Source: an uncultured Acidobacteriota bacterium
GTDB lineage: Bacteria; Acidobacteriota; UBA6911
NCBI GenBank assembly: GCA_963827655.1
Contig: CAWHCF010000006.1
Location: 160,001 to 224,000 of the forward strand
Length of the DNA: 64,000 nucleotides
Direction of reading: 5' to 3'
Positions 59,654-64,000 of the stretch are shown in pieces. The translations under genes and the position numbers were made by a program. Every line of letters starts with the position of its first letter. Within the stretch, counting starts at the first letter, position 1. The notes under the pieces are model-generated. The model searched no databases. It saw nothing but the letters and a program-made list of their open reading frames with translations, and was not told the origin of the DNA.

Positions 59654-59726
59654 ATCAGACCCGCATTATATGCTGGCCGGTCTCCCCGAGAGCTGGGAGC
59701 TAGTGAACCTAATCTGGAGGTTTTGC

Positions 59727-60824
59727 ATGAGTGAATTCGCTCGCCTTCGTATCTCTGACGTACTTGTCCGCCCGGTGATCGTCCCAATGAAACGGCAACT
59801 GCGCACAAGTTCCGGCGCGGTCACCCAGGCTCCCTTGCTTCTAATCGACCTTCACACGGAAGAGGGCGTGACGGGACGCTCGTACTTATTCGGCTATCAG
59901 CCGTTCTCCTTGAAGCCCTTGCGCGACCTGGTCTGCTCCCTGGCCGGGATGATTAAAGGTGATACCGTCGCGCCTTTCGACCTGGATCGCAAGCTTCGGA
60001 CTCGGACCAAGTTACTGGGTCCCCACCACCTTCTCGGCATGGCATTGTCGGGTCTGGACATGGCTTCCTGGGACGCGCTTGCCGTGGGCGCCGGGATGCC
60101 GCTGGTCGCCTTGCTTGGAGGCTCGACCAGGAGCGTTCCTGCCTATAACAGCAACGGACTTGGCATCATGCCGGCGGGAGACGCGATCGATGAGGGGATG
60201 CAATTGGTGGAGGAAGGCTTTCGCGCGATCAAAGTCCGCCTGGGCCGTCCCATCGCTGAAGAAGACCTGGCCGTCGTGCGCGCGGTCCGCAAGCAAGTGC
60301 CCGATGACGTCGTGCTGATGGCGGATTTCAACCAGGCGCTCGCGGTCAATGACGCCATACGGCGAGGTCACATGCTGGACGGTGAGGGTCTTCATTGGAT
60401 CGAGGAACCTGTGCGCGCTGACGATTTCGCCGGCTGCGCACGCGTTGCGGCAGCGCTTAAGACCCCGGTGCAAATTGGAGAAAACTTTTCGGGCATTTAT
60501 CAAATGCAGGAGGCGCTGGCTCAGCGAGCTTCCGACTTCGTCATGCCCGACGTACAGCGGATCGGCGGGATAACCGGGTGGCTGCGAGCGGCGGCCCTGG
60601 CTGATGCGGCCGGTTGTGAGATGTCCAGCCACCTTTTCCCGGAGGTCAGCGCGCACCTTTTAGCGGTTACTCCGACGTGCCACTGGCTCGAATATGTCGA
60701 CTGGGCAAGCCCCGTGCTCGAAGAGCAGGTTCGCATTCAGGACGGGCGAGCGATTCTCCCGGATTGTCCGGGCACCGGGCTCAAGTGGAACGAGGGCGCG
60801 GTTAAGCGATTTCAAATCGAATGA
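59727..60824 (+). CDS. Mandelate racemase family enzyme
   Basis: GGAGG RBS; DMASWD, AYNSNG, KVR, DFNQ, WIEEP, GEN, MPD, SSHLFPE, HWLEYVD. Confidence 0.9.
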   Translation: MSEFARLRISDVLVRPVIVPMKRQLRTSSGAVTQAPLLLIDLHTEEGVTGRSYLFGYQPFSLKPLRDLVCSLAGMIKGDTVAPFDLDRKLRTRTKLLGPHHLLGMALSGLDMASWDALAVGAGMPLVALLGGSTRSVPAYNSNGLGIMPAGDAIDEGMQLVEEGFRAIKVRLGRPIAEEDLAVVRAVRKQVPDDVVLMADFNQALAVNDAIRRGHMLDGEGLHWIEEPVRADDFAGCARVAAALKTPVQIGENFSGIYQMQEALAQRASDFVMPDVQRIGGITGWLRAAALADAAGCEMSSHLFPEVSAHLLAVTPTCHWLEYVDWASPVLEEQVRIQDGRAILPDCPGTGLKWNEGAVKRFQIE

Positions 60825-60872
60825 TGATAAACCAACCGCCAGGAGAGACGCGGACCCAAAGGATCGGCGCTT

Positions 60873-61680
60873 GTGAATGCCTACGGGGATGACCTGGCCT
60901 ACATCCATGACGTTGGCCACGGAGAGTTTGCCCGAAGCGCCGCCCCCGGCCTGTTGCAATTTCTGCATAACCGGGGAATCACAGCGGGACTCGTGATTGA
61001 CCTGGGCTGCGGGACAGGAATATGGGCGAAGGAGCTCGTTCGCGCGGGCTATGCGGTCCTGGGCATCGACATTTCTCCTTCCATGATCGCCCTCGCCCGC
61101 AAACGTGTGCGCGACGGCGGAATTCCGCACCGAATCGTTGTTAAAGGCCGCACTGCCGGAGTGCGTCGCCGTCACTTCAATCGGGGAGTGCTTCAACTAC
61201 CTCTTCGACACTGCCAATTGCCTGGAACTGCTGGCCGGCTTGTTCAGGCGGATATATGCCGCGTTACAACCGGGCGGCCTGCTGGTCTTCGATATCCTGG
61301 AGCCGGGATACCTGCGCGGGACAGGTTTGCAAAAGAGGTTCCGCGAAGGAAGGGATTGGGCCGTCCTGTCGGAAATCGAGGGAGATCGCAAGCTGGCCCG
61401 GCTGACGCGCCGCATCACCACTTTCCGCAAAGTCGGGAAGCTGTACCGGCGCGGAAACGAAATCCATCGCCAGCAACTGTACCAGGGCTCGGAGCTGGCA
61501 AGGGAACTCCGTGGCGCGGGCTTCGGTATTACGCGGTTGCGCGGCTATGGGCAGCTGCGATTTCCCGGCTCGCATATCGGCTTCCTGGCCGTCAAGCCCG
61601 GTGCACGCGCGAGTTCCCCGCTCGAATCCCGCAAGGCTCCGCTGGTCAAGCCGGCCGTTGTGCCTCGGCGGCGCCTGTGA
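60873..61680 (+). CDS. Class I SAM-dependent methyltransferase (+1 indel at about 61119)
   Basis: ORFs 60873 (VIDLGCGTG, GIDISPSM) and 61105 (SIGECFNY, LQPGGLLVFD) join as RVRDG-EFRTES. Confidence 0.82.
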
Positions 61681-61782
61681 TAGGCTTCGCCTAAATCAAT
61701 CGGTCACGGTTGAAGACAGAGTCCCCCCAGATTGTTCTTCTTGGTATTTCTTCGTGTCAAAGTGCAGACAGTGGAGAACGTT

Positions 61783-64000
61783 ATGATCAGCAACCTGGTC
61801 AAGTTTGGATTCGCAGCGCTGTGGGCATTGGTCGCGACGCCGTTCTTGCCGTTAACTTTCGCACAAGTAGAGCAGGGCACCATCACCGGAACCGTCACCG
61901 ATTCCTCGGGCGGAGTCATGCCCAATGCGCGCGTGGTCATTACCAACGTTCAGACCGGGGTTGCGAAAGAGACGCTCACTAACGACGAAGGTTACTATCG
62001 TGTTCCCTATTTGCATCCGGGCAAGTACACGGTAACCGTGGACCAGCAGGGCTTCAGCCCCTCAACCGTATCCGACGTAAACCTCAGCGTCGGGCTCACG
62101 GCAACGGTCAATATCAGTCTCAAGCCAGGCTCGCCGTCCGAAGCCGTCACCGTTACCGCGACCATGGTTCAGCTCGAGCGGGAAAGCGCCTCGCTTGGCA
62201 ACGTGGTTGGAAGTATGCAGCTTATCGAATTGCCGCTCTTCGGCCGGAACCCGTACAGTCTGGTCACACTCGCTCCAGGTGTGATGCCTCGGGGAAACAC
62301 GGGGGTGGGACCCATCATCAACGGCGGCCGTTCGAACACCACCGAAGTTCTGCTGGATGGGGCGGAATCGCGCAATAGCACCACCAACGACATCGCGTAC
62401 ACACCCCCTCTGGAAGTGGTACAGGAATTCAAGGTGATTACCAACAGCATGGCGGCGGAATTCGGCCGGTCCGGTGGAGGCGTCATTACCGCCGCCACAC
62501 GTTCGGGCTCCAATAGGCTCCATGGCAGCTTTTATGAATTTCTGCGCAATGACAAACTGAACGCGAACAGCTGGACCACCAACCGTGTGGGAATCCCCGA
62601 TCCCGAAACCGGCAAGGTTCCCCGCAGTCCATTCAAGCGGAACGAATATGGCCTGGCGCTCGGCGCCCCCGTGGTTCTACCCCGGCTCTATGATGGTCAT
62701 GACCGGACCTTCTTCTTCGTGAATTGGGAACAGATCAAGCAGCGTTCGCCCGACGACTACATTGTGACCGTTCCAACCGCTCTGGAAAGACGGGGCGATT
62801 TCTCCCAGACTCTGGACGCCCGAGGAAGCCTGGTTCGCGTTTTTGATCCTGCCACGACGCGCCCCGATCCGGCGCGTGCCGGCTCTTTCCTGCGCGATCA
62901 GTTTCCCGGCAACCAGATTCCAGCCAATCGCATCGATCCGATAACCAGCCGCATCCTGGAATTCTATCCTCTTCCCAACCGTTCGACACTGACCCAGAAC
63001 TTCGTGTTGCCGGCGTCGCGTCTGGATGACACGTGGAAACTGTTCTTCAGAGTCGATCACAACATCGGAACCAAGCAGCATCTGTTCTTCACCTACGGTC
63101 GAGCCGACAATCCTCGCGCCTCACCCGGAATCAATGAAGCCTTTCCGGGTGAAGGGACCAATGGACAAAACGGAAGCATCGAGAGTCACCCGCGCACGGC
63201 GGTCCTCAGCGATACTGTCACCTTCGCCCCCAGCCTGATCGGAGAATTTCGCGCCAGTTTCACGCGCTCCCACACGATCGCTACGCCGCGCAGCGTCGGT
63301 TTCGATTACAGCCAGCTCGGGCTTCAGCCGTCGCTTCAAGCGTACGGCAAGAGCCTCCTGTTTCCCCGCATCGATGTTACCGATGTGGCGTCGCTGGGAC
63401 CGGATCGGGCGTCGTATTTCGACGATGCCGAGAATGCGCAGGAATTCCAGAGCCATCTGACCTGGGTGCGAGGCGCTCACTCGATCAAATCAGGATTTGA
63501 TTTTACTTTCATGGCCTTCAATGTCTTTCGTCCGGAGCGCCCCGCCGGATTGTATTCTTTCGCCCGCACGTTTACTCAAGGACCGGACCCGCTGACCACA
63601 GGGACGACGTCCGGGTTCGGACCAGCCACGTTCCTGCTCGGCGCCCCGAGCGGCGGGCAGATTACCAGCGATCCGTCGCTGGCTGCATCCCAGCGTTATT
63701 GGGCCGGATATGTGCAAGACGATTGGAAACTCCGGCGCAACTTCACCTTGAACCTGGGGCTTCGATGGGAATACCAGACCCCATGGACGGACCGTTTCGA
63801 TCAGCTGGCGTTTTTCGAGCCGGATTTGATAGAGCCGCTTTCGGGTCAAAAAGGTGTGTTGCAATTCGTGGGACGCGACGGAAACTCGCGCTACCAGTCG
63901 GATCCGGACAAAAACAACATTGCTCCACGCTTCGGCCTGGCATGGCAGGTTACCAACGAGACCGTGCTCCGGGCCGGGTACGGGCTGTTTTATTTCCCCG
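61783..64000 (+). CDS. TonB-dependent receptor with N-terminal carboxypeptidase-regulatory-like domain (3'-partial)
   Basis: Missing from the ORF track because it has no stop in the window. Translated by hand: signal peptide, QGTITGTVTDSSG, LPLFGRNP, QEFKVITN..AEFGRSGGG, FLRNDKLNA, YVQDDWK..NFTLNLGLRWEY, NIAPRFGLAW. Confidence 0.92.
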   Translation, partial: MISNLVKFGFAALWALVATPFLPLTFAQVEQGTITGTVTDSSGGVMPNARVVITNVQTGVAKETLTNDEGYYRVPYLHPGKYTVTVDQQGFSPSTVSDVNLSVGLTATVNISLKPGSPSEAVTVTATMVQLERESASLGNVVGSMQLIELPLFGRNPYSLVTLAPGVMPRGNTGVGPIINGGRSNTTEVLLDGAESRNSTTNDIAYTPPLEVVQEFKVITNSMAAEFGRSGGGVITAATRSGSNRLHGSFYEFLRNDKLNANSWTTNRVGIPDPETGKVPRSPFKRNEYGLALGAPVVLPRLYDGHDRTFFFVNWEQIKQRSPDDYIVTVPTALERRGDFSQTLDARGSLVRVFDPATTRPDPARAGSFLRDQFPGNQIPANRIDPITSRILEFYPLPNRSTLTQNFVLPASRLDDTWKLFFRVDHNIGTKQHLFFTYGRADNPRASPGINEAFPGEGTNGQNGSIESHPRTAVLSDTVTFAPSLIGEFRASFTRSHTIATPRSVGFDYSQLGLQPSLQAYGKSLLFPRIDVTDVASLGPDRASYFDDAENAQEFQSHLTWVRGAHSIKSGFDFTFMAFNVFRPERPAGLYSFARTFTQGPDPLTTGTTSGFGPATFLLGAPSGGQITSDPSLAASQRYWAGYVQDDWKLRRNFTLNLGLRWEYQTPWTDRFDQLAFFEPDLIEPLSGQKGVLQFVGRDGNSRYQSDPDKNNIAPRFGLAWQVTNETVLRAGYGLFYFP

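Overview
A GC-rich (about 60% by eye) bacterial chromosomal segment, most consistent with Acidobacteriota: it has an ADOP permease remnant, a carboxypeptidase-domain TonB receptor, CRTAC1/TPR/cytochrome genes and many Tat-signal sugar enzymes. No rRNA, tRNA or CRISPR array was recognised. The backbone is sugar and sugar-acid catabolism. A lower-GC, co-directional 11-gene island at about 25.5-37.3 kb encodes a methyltransferase, GT2, twitch-type radical SAM, GT4, phosphotransferase, compact amidotransferase, GNAT, GT8, GT11-like protein, epimerase and DegT aminotransferase. It could make an aminocyclitol/aminoglycoside-like or other modified glycan, and is followed by a vapBC-type TA pair. Intergenic DNA is highly structured. 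It holds inverted arrays of 7-nt tandem repeats with different units (the largest surrounds an Avd-like four-helix-bundle gene), a dispersed family of 9-nt-period repeats, and two MITEs with target duplications, one with an empty-site copy 4 kb away. Several genes are internally deleted remnants. Seven apparent frameshifts are all +1, which suggests assembly insertion errors. All family assignments come from motif recognition by eye, not database searches.
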